Shown here one piece after another: positions 1-12,660 of a stretch of DNA of 64,000 nt. A model generated the notes under the pieces. The model had not been told where the DNA came from and ran no database searches. It saw only the letters and a program-made list of their open reading frames with translations. How positions within the stretch are numbered: position 1 is the stretch's first letter; every line of letters begins with the position of its first letter. The stretch is from Lytechinus pictus. Its lineage: Eukaryota. The translations under genes and the position numbers were made by a program. The stretch covers positions 14,448,001 to 14,512,000 of the forward strand of contig NC_087252.1 of NCBI RefSeq assembly GCF_037042905.1, given 5' to 3'.

Positions 1-1010
1 GTTACCCATGAAGACGATACATATATCAACAATCAAATAATGCGAGTGCGAAGCGTGAGCTGAAAATTTTGACATTCCGACCTAAATACTGGACATTCTA
101 AGCACGTTTTTTAATTATGAGCAGGATAGGTGTATTTACAATTGATGCGAGCGCGAAGCGCGAGCGGAAACAAAATTAAGATTTCAGACCAAAAAAACGA
201 GAGATTCTAAGTACTTTTCTAATCATGATAAGGATAGGTATAAAACTATACAATTGATGCGAGTGGAAATAAAAATGAGATTTCAAACCTTAAAACGAGA
301 CATCATTCTTATGCACTTTTCTAATCATGAACAGGATAGGTATATAACTATACAATTGATGCGAGCGTAAAGCGCAAGCGGAAACAAAATTGAGATTTTA
401 GACCTGAAAACGGGACATTCAATTCATGTTTTGTAAATCAAGAAAATGATGGGTAATTGGATATATTCTTAAATTAATAATGTGAGCGCGAAGCGCGAGC
501 AGAAAATTGTTGATATTCTGATCTGAAACTCCACACTGAATGTAAAATGGTTTGAACAGATAAAGAAAACTCAGACGAACATAAGAATAAAGATTTGATC
601 AAAATCAGACAAGGAATCACAGTTATTGCATTTTAAAGATTAGCATTATTCCCCACTTGTTCTTTTGTATTTTATTATATAAAATTAGGTTTATTCAATT
701 AATTCCTTTCAAGAACCAAAACAGTTGAATTGACAACTGATTTATTCCATTAGATATTTTTTGCTGCAACTTATTTCATTATAAGGGAGACATATCATTC
801 ATTCTGGTATGAAAAAATGAAACAATTTTGATTCCACAAGGAACAGCTAGGATAATGGGGATGTGACAGCATCAGCCCACCTATTAAATATGCGTGCGCG
901 TGTTTAGAGTTGGACCTAGTATCTGGGCATTCTAAATACATTTTTTATGATAAAAATCAATAATGCGAGCGCGAAGCGCGAGCAGAAAACATTTGATATT
1001 CCGATCTGAA
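1..1010. repeat. Internal degenerate tandem repeat of a non-autonomous DNA transposon family (GCGAGCGCGAAGCGCGAGC motif), interrupted at about 530-890 by another MITE fragment
   Basis: The motif gcgagcgcgaagcgcgagc recurs about every 100-120 bp. Bases 1-530 align by eye with 21040-21350 inside the hAT-like element. Confidence 0.75.
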
Positions 1011-3276
1011 AGAGGGTGAATTTACCCCCTCTGCTACTATAGGGTGTGACAGGTATTACGACTTTGCTCATGAAGAAAAAAAAATAAATGGAAAGTAATG
1101 AAATATGCATCCAGATCACGTGTCACCTCATTAACCCAAATGACCAAGTTCATGCAGGGATGGTGTTAGGCTATTTTGAGACTGAGGACGACAGCGTTTC
1201 ATGAAAGGACTTGTCAGACGTTTTATCCGACTGTTACCATAGAAACAGTGCTTCTCCGCCAATCAAATCCAAGTAAAGTTGTTGATGAAACGCTTCCGAG
1301 ATGACCAGGCTCACAAAATCACTTCATTTCTCTTCAAGCAAACAGAGGAGAGATGGAGCTCCACGATCAATTCAAATTGTTTCCAATACCATTCCTATAC
1401 CCTTTCTTCCCTTATCTTACATGACCCTGGGAACAATTCTAATAGGGGATGTTGGTTTGGAAGAAAACTTTGACAAAAAAAAAAGGTTTTGACTACAACA
1501 TGCGGTTGATTTGGGTCTAGGAAAAAAATAACTAGCAAATTAAAAAAAAGTATTCACTACAAAATGAAGGTGATTTTGGTTCAATTTCTACATTTTAGCA
1601 AACCTAAACCTGATTTCCAAGGGGTGCTTCCTCTGGTGTTTACCATACGCGACACCCCAAGCAAATCTTCAGCACCCTTGCACCCCCGCTTCTCACTTTC
1701 ATAATTGGAGGATAGGTTTATGAAAGGGGTATCAAAGGGCCCGCTTCCCAGCCCGTAGGGCCATGGGGCAAGGCGAAAAAGACTGTGAAATTTGATTTCT
1801 ATTACTTGTAATTTTTGTATACAATACACGGGCGGTCGGGCGTGCGCTCACTTGATTCGACATTAAACCTGGAAGTTTCAAGTCCAACCACCCCAGTGTG
1901 TATCACGTATTGCGCGCGACTACGTCTGTATCGGAGTGCTGCCCCGCTGGAGCTTGATTGAGTCGCGTTATATAGGAGGGGTGTTATTGGAATATGTGAA
2001 AGACTATGTAAATGATTTGCGATTGTCTGATGTGATAATTATGTACATTATAACATATTAAAAAAAATACAGGGGGGAACCTGATTTCGTGGGGGTGCTG
2101 CCTATGGAAAATAATACACGCAGCACCCCCAGGATAATTTCTGGGGGTGCTTCAGCACCCCCAGCACCCCCGCTTCTCAGGTCCCTGTGAGGGACATCAT
2201 CAACTCTCTCATTTGCATGTCATTGAGTTGTGCATATAACTGTTTTGTGAAAAATAAGCGAAATTTTAAAATGTCATAAATTCCTTATTTTACATCCGAT
2301 TTTGATGAAATTTTCAGCATTATGCTTGTTTGATTTTTCTCTATTTATTAAAATCAACATTTTTCTGAAATGGACTTGACCTTTAATCATGAAGAACACG
2401 TTCAATTTATCTATTAAAATTGATTTGAAGATATATTTTACCTTTAAAAAACTTTTTCCTTGCCCAAAACACTTCGAAGAGTGTATTGCGCCCCATTCCA
2501 CTCCCCCACACACCGAGGCAATCGGGACGATATTTGCTTTACACCGAGCTGTGATTTACCTTGAAATGGCTTAGGCTTGATTTTCATTTTGTTAATCATT
2601 GTAAAGCTTGGAAAAGGTGTGGAGAAACAAGTATTAAATAAAAATGAAATGTAAACCCACTTTAAATGGTAAAAACTTAGTGAAAAGTTGCTAGAGAATG
2701 ATGTCTGTGCTTACAGCGAACGCCAAAGTGGAGTCAAGTGACTCTAGAAAGGGAGTCCGGCGTCCATGACTCTCGTGGGGAGTCAAATTTGCTGACTCCG
2801 TATACAGAGTCAGATCATGGCTACGATTTCCCCCCATAATTCAAGAGTGCACGCGTTGCTATGTTACCCGGGGGCCAGGGGCCTATGCTGTATACATGCG
2901 TGACAAAAGGGGTGTTCTTTCAGTTTCAGACGAGGACTGAACGTAGTACTTGGCAGCAAGGAAATCAAAAACACCGATTTCAAAAAAAAAATAGGTGGTC
3001 ACAAAAGACTTAAACATACATGGTCAAACGTTCTTAGCCCTATTATTTGTCTTTGGTGTACACAGTACAGCATTTTGTTTGACTGGCCACCCCCGGGCTA
3101 CGTTGGCGGCCCGGCAATTCAGACACAGTTTAAATTGGCGAGCGGCCAATACGTCTGCTTTTTCGTGGTGATTGATTTACGTTCGTTTTATCGCTGAGAG
3201 TTTTACTGAATTTTTTTTTCTAATTGTACTTTTTTGGGAAGTATTTTCTCTTGGTGTGGTGATATGGAAGAGCAGA

Positions 3277-5783
3277 ATGCCGTCTTGTTCTGCAATCAAC
3301 TGCACGAATCGAGATGTTCGTGAAAATCGCCAGAAAGGATTGACATTTCACAGCAACAGGTAAAGAAAATAACCCTTTTCTCGTAGTCCCATCCGTAGAT
3401 TTTTGTGTTAACTGTGTGTAGGTATTTATGTTTTTGATAAATCTCGTGTGGACGGTGAGTAATGTTTGATTGAAAAATCAACCTCATGATAAGTCCTAAG
3501 TCAAAAAGTACTAAATTAGATTAAAAGAGGAATGTGTAAAAACTAAATTGTGAATTCTACAGTGATTTCTGTTATTTTTGTTGTGAGAAAGAAAAAACAA
3601 ACAAATAGACTAACTAAGACTATTTCATTTGTTAGCCTTCTAATCTAATTCTATTTTTACTACGTCTAAGTTACAGGGAGTACAGACGTACAGTCAGGCC
3701 TAACGTAGGCTAACGTTAAACTGCTAAACCTAAAATCCCCTAGGGGTCTATAATATAGACTATATTTATCTCGAAAAAAAAATCAGTACCAAGCAACTCC
3801 CCTGGCCTCACCTCCACATAACTACGGTACTAATTGTGTTCAGTGCCAATGCAAGTTAGACTGACTTATCCTCATGTGGTGAGTCAAGGTATATTGCCTC
3901 CATTCTATTGAGAGTTGCACTTATTATGGGAATGTTGCTCGAGACTTCGACAGCTGGCAGCCATCTGTTTTGAGGAGTTTTAATTTTTTTTTGTAATTCT
4001 CGACTCGTACACAGTTAGAGTGATATCTCCTTGGTGAGACGGCTCGCTATCGTGCAGCCACCATTAGGGTTAACAATTCAAAATCCCCCCGAAGGTGGCT
4101 CATCGATTTTTGTCTTTATTTCATGAAAATATGTAAAAACAACTGAACCAAAATGAAGATTATTACTCCGTTTTGGCATGAAATCCATCAAGACGGGGAA
4201 AAATAAACTGAAAAGGCAGAAAAACAGTGACTTACTTCGGCTGTCGTGTAACTTCACTTTCCAGTTTTATCTGAACTTCATACGTAAACACATGGCCATT
4301 AAGTCCCTGTACATATCGAGCTAGAACTTCGGTCTCTGTATTTGGTGAGTGGAGCTAACGGAGTTCAGCAGAACAATCAACATAACAGAGACCGAAGCTT
4401 TTGGTCTAGACGTGACTTACCTAGTCTACCTTTCTCTTGATCATGTTGATTTTTTATGTCACCCTTTCTTCGAATAATTGCAATCACATTTTTTTTAAAG
4501 ATTTCCTCACTGCAACCCAGATCTGTTGAGACAATGGGTGATAAACATGCGTCGGGACAGATGGATGCCAACAGCCAGGTCTCTTTCATGTTCCAAGCAC
4601 TTCACACGAGAGCTTCCATAGGTTTGGACTACGTGTTCAGCTCATTGATTCTGCTGTGCCAACAATAATATATTAAACACTTCCCAGGCTGTAAAAAATA
4701 CATGATTTGAAGTGATAAAGTAAAATCAGACAAACAAAGCATTGACAATTTCATCAAAATCGGACAAGGACTATCAAAGTAAACACATTTTAAAGCTTTG
4801 CCTTATTTTGGTGAAACTGTTCTATGCATGTCATTATGAATATACAATGAGCAAGCTGATGATATCGTTCGTATCCCAACTAATTTTATATTTTTGTATT
4901 CATTTGAAATTATATGTATTCTTTTTTTAACATTTAGAATACCAAAACCTACTAATGGATACCAGTTGACAGAAATCACATGTATGATTGTTGCACACGT
5001 TTGTTTGCGACTAAAGGACCACAATTTATGGAATTAGCTCATTCTTAGTGATTAGACTTTTTAATCAACAAAGTTTAATTGTTCTTTGCATGGGATATTC
5101 CTTTTACATTTTGTATTTTATCTCTTTTCTTTATCAAATATTTAGAAAGTTACCCAACGGAAATGTCCTGCTGTCCGTGTTTCTGCACCACCTTTGAAGG
5201 AACCAGATGTTCATTCTCGTCCACTGCCAAAGCAAAGTACATCTACTGATCCTCTGGCTGAGCACAGTTATGCTACAATGGATTCGCCACGGAAATTGAA
5301 GCACAGGTTAAAGCTGTCCAAAGACAGACTGGAAAATGCAGAAAGAACCTAAAAGTAGTCCATCAACGAACACGCCGTTTGAAACGAAAGGTGGAGACCC
5401 TGAATTTCGTCGACGATGAGCTACGGAATGATAAGCTGATTTCTACAAATTGTGCAGTCTTACTTGAAGGGACTGTAGACGGCATACCTAAATAAGTGAT
5501 GACTAGAATCATTGAGTGCAAGAAAAGGAAAAAATCATCCGCTTATCCTGAGGAGCTGAAGTCATTTGCACTCACATTACAATTCTACTCGGCAAAGGCT
5601 TATGAATATGTCAGAAAGACTTTTGACTTGTGTCTACCCCACCCACGCCAACTCCGGGGATGGTATAATAGGATTGATGGTGATCCAGGTTTCACAAAAC
5701 AAGCGTTCATCTCACTCGCGGGAAAAGTGACCAAAAACAGAGAGGCTAGTAAAGAGACTGTCATCGCCTTGATGTTAGATGCC
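3277..5783 (+). pseudogene. P-element (THAP9-like) transposase pseudogene; exons about 3277-3359, 4501-4668 and 5146-5783
   Basis: Exon 1 reads MPSCSAINCTNRDVRENRQKGLTFHSN(R) and ends at ag|gtaaag. Exon 2 follows tttaaag| in matching phase: FPHCNPDLLRQWVINMRRDRWMPTARSLSCSKHF..[frameshift]..LIDSAVPTI, completing a C2CH THAP finger with AVPTI box. Exon 3 has an EHSY motif, a coiled-coil stretch, a frameshift near 5340 and a TAA at 5493, then YPEELKSFALTLQFYSAKAYEYVRKTFDLCLPHPRQLRGWY...ALMLD, typical of the P-transposase N-terminal region. It is cut at that Asp by an insertion. Confidence 0.9.
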
Positions 5784-6720
5784 TAATAAGACCCCCCCCC
5801 CCCCACCCAAGATCTCGGCCATTGACCGCGAGATCAAGACGAAAATTGGCACGCACATTACAACCAACGTTATCTACAGAACTGATTATGCGCAATTATT
5901 TGGCAATTATTCAGATTGATTTTTAATTAATTAATTATACTAATTTATGCATGAAATTACTTAATTTGCCATTAATTTGTAAATAAAGGCCCAAAACTGC
6001 TGAAGCAGTTTGATCTAGACACTCCTTTTCTGCATTCTTATTGAATACCCATAAAAGGATTTCAGTACTTATCATTTTTTAATGTATTTTATTGCTTTAC
6101 AAAATTTGTATATTATTGCTTTTCAACTTTTTTATTTTTCATTTTTTTTCGATGGAAATCATCGGTGATATTCCAATCATAAAAAACATGAAATTGATTG
6201 ATTATAGTCAGTTAAAAGTGCAAATAATGATATATATTTATGAATTTTGGCTAGAAACAGAATTAGCATTTGATTTGTACATGAAATCACGTTTTTGAGC
6301 AGTTTTGGGACTGACATGCACTTGCAGCATGTTGCGTAACTTCGGAACCGCGTGCCCGGGCTTGCAAATTTGGTATCAAAAGTTGCGCAAGACTTGAAAG
6401 CAAATAGTCATGAAACGTCCCAATGCGATATTTTTATGTTACTGACTTTTGCAAATAATGTCGAGGGGGGCCTTTTAGCCTCCCCCCAGTCTTTTTAGGG
6501 TTAAATATCAATTGGCAATTGATGTGTTTGCATTTATTGTGAAAGGTATGAGCAAGACTTGAAAGCAAATAGTCATGAAACGTCCCAGCGCGATATTTTT
6601 ATGTTAGCGATTTTTCGCAAAAAAATGTCGAGGGGGGGGGGGGGGCTTTTAGCCTCCCCCAGTATTTTTAGGGTTAAATATCTATTGGTAATTGATGTGT
6701 TTGCATTTATTGTGAAAGGT
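5784..6720. mobile_element. MITE truncating the transposase, followed by a ~165-bp tandem duplication of its right end plus flank
   Basis: Runs from cctaataagaccccc to ctttttagggtta (about 6503). Segment 6385-6548 is duplicated at 6552-6720. Related sequence occurs at about 52100-52970. Confidence 0.6.
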
Positions 6721-8586
6721 ATAATGTGCAAAATTTGCTGAAGGGGTAAACAGATGAATATATCAAATGCTGGAAAGTTTAAGCTTTTATTCAGGTACAT
6801 GTAAAAGTTTACATTTTATGAGAATGAATTTTGAAAAAAGTAAACATTTCATGAGAATGAATTTTGAACAAATGAGTTGGGTTTTTTTAAACCACTGTTT
6901 AACACTGTGGTCAGTTGATTTAAGAAATTCAAAATCTGAGCTGCCAGCTGCCTGACCTGTCTAATTATGTTCAGATGGATGAAAAAACATCCAAGAATGC
7001 CCATATATTAAAGTCACACATTCACTATGAAGATATCTATGAAAGTTGTATTTATTGTCGCCAACGACAATAATTCTAGCACGGGAGACTTAGTCATTGG
7101 AGGTGATATTTTAGATTTTCACTTTTTTGAAGCACTGAATGATAACTTTACATTACATCAAAACCCCATTTGGGGTGAGACCGCAGTTCGGATTGCAAAC
7201 TGCGGTTCTAGACCCCATTTTTCATTTGAAACTCTCAATAACATTTCCAAGCCCCGATAAACCCATCTTGGCCAGGTAATCCCCGTTGTCTCAATTTCAC
7301 CTCCACAGGCCAGTAAATGAGCGTTGAGCCAAGGACGAAAAGATAAACAACAGTTGTGCTATTACGTAAGACTTCTCTGCCTGTAGAAGGACCTTCGGAC
7401 CGAGGTCAAGAAACAGGTGTTTTGATACTTAAATTGCATGCCTGGGGCAATTAGGGGTTTGTAGTACTTGGAGAAAATAATTGATGAAAAGGGAAACTGG
7501 GGTATAGTGTTCTCAAATGGAGGTTTTTCGTCATGAAAGTACAATTTTTTTACAGGTTTAATTTTACACCTCATCTGATATTCTGATAACATGCAGGGCT
7601 ATGCAGGTCAGATTTTTTTAACTTTGAAAATGTTATATTATGCCTTTAACCCAAAATTGTTGTGACATGCTAAAGGCCTGTTTTCAGGGAACACGCAAAT
7701 GTTTTGCGAACGACGTAAATAGTATACATGTCAAAAATGGCCAAGTCCAACAATTGTATTCTATGCGGGCCAAAAAATGTGCAGAATTTTGAACCATTAA
7801 AAACTTTGCCTTCGGAAACCACTAAAGAACATAATTGTGTATTGTTCCTTATTATTTGCATATGTTAATTTTCGATATCTATATCTTTGACCTTTTAGGT
7901 GCTTCATGCCTAATAATAGTGGCCCTATGTGTTTCTTATCCCTCTTAGACCCTACATATGGAGTCTGGATGACCCCCCCAAATGGAGTCATGATGACTCC
8001 CCAGGGGAGTTGAGCTGACTCCCAAATGGGAGTCCAGCAAACGATTGACTCTATGTCAAAATTGACTCCATGTTGGGAGTCATCTGACTCCCCTGGGGAG
8101 TCGAAATTTCCTGACTCCCCTGACTCTCCAGATTACTCCCTAAATGGAGTCAATATTAACATAGAGTCAACCATTTGCTGGACTCCAATTCGGGAGTCAC
8201 CCAGACTCCCTTTTGGCCGTGAGTGTACTAAGTGTTGAAATTTCAATTTGGGTGGAAAAAAATGTTACAAAATGCTTGAATGTATCTGTCTAATTTCTAT
8301 TGACTAAAAGGCAAAAGAAATGTATGAGAAATGTTTCGCAGGGTTAATTTGATTTCGCCCTTTCTCCTTGACACAGCGTGAAGACGAGCATTTCAGGTTT
8401 CGCAAACAGATTTCTGCGAGCTTTACAAAAATGGACTCAAGTGTAACATTCTGTCAAAACGTTTCCTTGCATTGGATAGATGAGACCCTAAAGTAAGATT
8501 ACATGTCACAAAATACCCACATGTTGTATATTTTTTAATTCCCAAGGCTTTTTCAAAGTGTTAACTTTTTTTTGATACGCACTGTA

Positions 8587-10710
8587 TAATCAAAAAGCGT
8601 TGCGTGCATTGTATCTCTATTTACATTTCATATCGAGGCATCAGTTTCATATAATTTCTTTAATATTATCAATATTTGTATTAACCTTTTAGAAAAAAAA
8701 AACATGAATATATGAAGAAAAATAGCCCTGTCACCTTGACACCCGTGTCTTTCGAATATGTGATTAAATGCGATAATTACTCACTATTTAAATTTATTTC
8801 CTCAGAATATGGCAAGATACCATAAGTCTTAGGTGTCTACAGAGTGTATATTGTCTGAAACCGAGGCATTATGCGCTATATTCTAAGCCTCACGTCTGAC
8901 ATCATCTTTATACAGCTGCAATCCTAAACAGATATTCTTTCGGTTATATTATGTGAAATCCTACATGTCTCTGTTGAAACGGCTTTTTGTCTTGATTAAT
9001 TTTGTGAGTCAAAATGTTAAAATAAAATTAAGTTGTATCATGTAAAAATCCTACACGTCTCTCTTGAAATGGCTTTTTGTCTTGATTAATATTGTGACAA
9101 ATCCAAAGAATTCACGTTTCATTTTCTATCGTCAGGTTTTTATGAAATTTGAACAATCATATGACAAGCTCCTCTGCCTCAGATTTATCAAAGTAGGGGC
9201 CCCGGGTCTAATTCTAGGCAAATATTTTTCTTTAAACCTTACCAAAATATAAACAAAAATGCATGAGAGCTCTGAAAACATTTATTATATGAAAAGCTTC
9301 GTCTACCATTCTTCAAGATTCCCATTCATTTCATAACATGTATTTAATATACACATTGGGCATGCCTGAAGTTATTTTTCACATTCGTAAAAGACATATG
9401 CTCATCCAAATTATAATCCCCCCCCCCCCTCCTTTCCCTGTCTTCCCTCATAATCGATACTCCTCTAATGGATATCTTTTCATTGTTTTTTGTAAACATG
9501 TCTGCATAAATCAGGGAAATTATTTTACAGGGCCATATAGCCTTATTTAGTGACTTTATACTTTATTTTCAACTAGATTTTTTTTTTTTTTTTTGGGGGG
9601 GGGGGACTTTTTTTAACATATTTGACTTTTATGATTGTGTGAAATAATGTCATGCATGCAGGGCTAATGTATACAACTTTGCCATGTTTGCCAAATGTTT
9701 ACTTTAAATTGTTTGTTATGAAATAAATGGGAAAAGAGAAGAATGGTAGACGTAGCTTTTATTGTAATAAATGTTTCCAGAGCTAGCAACCATTTTTGTC
9801 TACATTTTGGTGAGTATGAAGAAAAATATTTGCCTAGAATTAGACCCGGGGCCCCTACTTTGATTTATCTGAGGCAGAGGAGCTTGTCATATGATTGTTC
9901 AAATCTCATAAAAACCTGACGATAGAAAATAAATGGTGATTTTTTTTATAGATTTGTCACAACATTCATCAAGAGAAAAAACCGTTTCTAGAGAGACATG
10001 TAGGATTTCACATGATATAACTGAATTTTATTTTAAAATTTTGACTCACAACATTAATCAAAACAACAAGCCGTTTAAACAGAGACATGTAAGATATCAC
10101 ATAATATAAATGAAGGAATATCTGTTTATGGATTGCGGCTGCATAAAGATGATGTCAGACGTGAGGCTTAGAATATAGCGAATAATGCCTCGGTTTCAGA
10201 CAATAGACACTCTGTAGACACCTTAGGGCCACCGCACACCTTTCGACTGTTCGCGATCCGATTTTGGAACAAATTTGCTCATTTTCTGAAAATGTGAATG
10301 GAACATACATGTATCATTTTCTTTGAGGTTATAATTAATTGAAAGAATACTAATATGACCATTATTCTAAGGAGGATGATAGCATAGTCACATATAATTT
10401 TATGAACATTTTCGTACGATGATTTCGAACATTACACAGTAAGATATTTCAAGTCTCAATATTAGCATCAAATTCTACTACATTTTATTCTGAAATCGGG
10501 TCGTGCCATATTTTGAGGTAATACATTTCAATAGTGAGTAATCATTGCATTTAATCACAAAATCGAAAGACACATGTGTCAAGAGGACGGGGTTATTTTT
10601 CTTCAAATATTCATTGCTTTATTAGAAGTTGATACAAATATCGATAATATTCAAGAAATTATATGAAACTGATGCCCATGTAAATACAATGCACGCAACA
10701 CTCTGATATA
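8587..10710. mobile_element. Foldback element: ~725-bp inverted arms (8587-9314 and 9738-10710), ~420-bp spacer, ~280-bp MITE fragment in the right arm (about 10225-10503)
   Basis: Long reverse-complement matches, e.g. aaagtaggggccccgggtctaattctaggcaaatattttt vs aaaaatatttgcctagaattagacccggggcccctacttt. The outer ends are gttgcgtgcattgta and tacaatgcacgcaac. Confidence 0.85.
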
Positions 10711-12269
10711 ATGGAAATATGTATGGATATTTGTTAATTAGTGACATGATAGTCCATGTTTGTTTAGGGGCTTTGTTTGCTAATATACCTTTGGTTAATT
10801 GTTTTGCTCTTTGAATACAAAAGTGACTTCTAGAAATAATGAAAAGTTCATAATTAATTTCATTGTCATTTACTAAAAATTAAAATCAATTTACGTATGA
10901 TGCTGGACCCTGATAATTATTTTCAATAGGGGGTGCTGGTCGAAATTTGACGAGAAAAACAAGCAATAATGATAAGGAGTTGCGCTACAAAAGGAAGGTG
11001 ATTTTTTCCAGGAACAAAAATGACGAGCCACAAAAAAGGAAAAAAGAAAAAAAAGAAAAAAAAAGAATGAAAAAACTGAACAAAGGAAGGCGATTCTGGT
11101 TTTATTTATGCTATTTAGCTTACCTACCTGTATCGGTCGCACAGAAACTCTGTTAGCGTAACATTGCGCTAACACTGCGCTAACAAAGGGCCCTGTTACA
11201 ACCGGTAATCTCGCCACGATGGCTATTGTCAAAGTAATGCATTATTTACATCTAGGATCAACGGTTGACATCACAATCTGTATATCATTATTCATTAACA
11301 AATAAGCTACTAACAACATGGGTAGAATGATCGTTTTAAACATCATGACTAAATCCGTCAAAACAAATTGATTTATGTATTAAAAAGCTATTTTTGGCTC
11401 GCTCGCTTCTCTTGATCACTCAATTAATTTGAAATTATTTTGTCCTTTTGTCGTGTCTTGCCCCGAGAACTTTAATCTCATTACGCCACTGACTTCCGCC
11501 CAAACTAAAAAAATAATAAAATAAAAACTATCCAAAAAAAAAAGGAAAAAAAATCCCAACAAGAGAACAAAGCAGCCCCCAACCATGAATACAGATTGAC
11601 AACCATATGCTGGCCAGTATATATAATATAGCGGTGGTTTACTTTGAATTCTATCAAGATAATTATGAAATTTGGCGCTTTAAAATTTTTGTTGACTTAG
11701 ATGGTGTTCTTTAATATTGATGAGCGAAAAGCTAATCAGAAATCAGAGAGCCGACGTCAATTTTGATGTTTGCGGTGAGGTTGTCCGAAAACAGAATTAC
11801 GGAGCGGAAAGTGTGTTGCGATTTGTTTTTTGCGTTTTTGCAAACAGAACCAAAGAGCTGAAACCGTGTTCTGATTTTGTATTTGATATATAAAAACACA
11901 AATTTAGAATGAGAAATCAGAAAAAGCCTACTAAGTATTTTTTTATTTCAATTTTCTGTTTTTGATCTACAAAGTACCTTCATTGTTCTGCCTGTCTCTT
12001 TCTTCTGTTGTTTTGGAGTTTCGTCAATAGCTGCATTACTATGTTCAGATTGTGGTACAGGTGAATCTCCACCATGGTCACTTGAAACAGAAAGGACAGG
12101 ACATTTCTTGCCCCTCGTGGTCTTATTTTTTGGGGCATCTTGCATCAATATGGACAGAACAATCTAGCATTCAAATTAAGTGCAGTGCTGATTTGGTTAT
12201 GGCAGAGCTTGTATCGTGACTGACTGCACAATCAACAAAAACCTGATGAGAAACAGTAGGATCCAGCAT

Positions 12270-12600
12270 GAGTACGCCAATAATTAGCAACTATACGCAA
12301 CTGTACGCCAGGTCTACGTCGGTTTATACGCAACACTACGCCATTCCAAAAGGCGTTTTGAGAAACCGGGGCATTTTGACGTAGTGTTGCGTAGGAGTGG
12401 CGTACAGTTGCGTAGTGTTGCGTGGGCTTACCTTTGTCCTTCGTTCTCTGGCTCTACGCCAACAGTACGCCAAAAAATTAAACATGTTTATTCTTTTTGC
12501 GTTCCTCCCGCATACCCACATGCGTAGACTTGCGTAGATTAGCGTATGCAAAACAAATGGCGGCGCAGTGTTGCGTGGTCTCTACGCTACTCTACGCAAT
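12270..12600. repeat. TACGC/GCGTA motif-rich repeat (probable MITE body)
   Basis: Many tacgcaa/tacgcca/ttgcgta copies in both orientations. Confidence 0.5.
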
Positions 12601-12660
12601 CTTCTGTGTTAAAGCCCCTTAGCTTCTGCCGGGCCTTTTATTGTTAGATTATTAGGAATA

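Larger units (their letters stand above)
2712..8227. mobile_element. GACTC/GAGTC-rich MITE split by the P-element region (parts about 2712-2850 and 7960-8227)
   Basis: Left end tacagcgaacgccaaagtggagtc resembles the reverse complement of the right end, tacactcacggccaaaagggagtc. Both parts are dense in gactc/gagtc motifs, with TA at each terminus. Confidence 0.5.
2400..8584. mobile_element. Tc1/mariner-type non-autonomous element remnant, split by nested insertions (visible parts about 2400-2710 and 8228-8584)
   Basis: The right end is ...tttttttgatacgcactg|TA, a CAGTG-type TIR next to a TA. Continuity of the sequence on both sides of the 2712-8227 block is inferred. Confidence 0.45.

Noticed and set aside
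11948..12148. Exon-like hydrophilic ORF on the minus strand (MQDAPKNKTTRGKK...)
   Set aside because: It has a possible donor near 11977 but no partner exons or recognisable domain, so it is too weak to call.
12240..12262. CTGATGA immediately followed by GAAAC (hammerhead-like core)
   Set aside because: No stem II between the core halves and no convincing stem I or III pairing.
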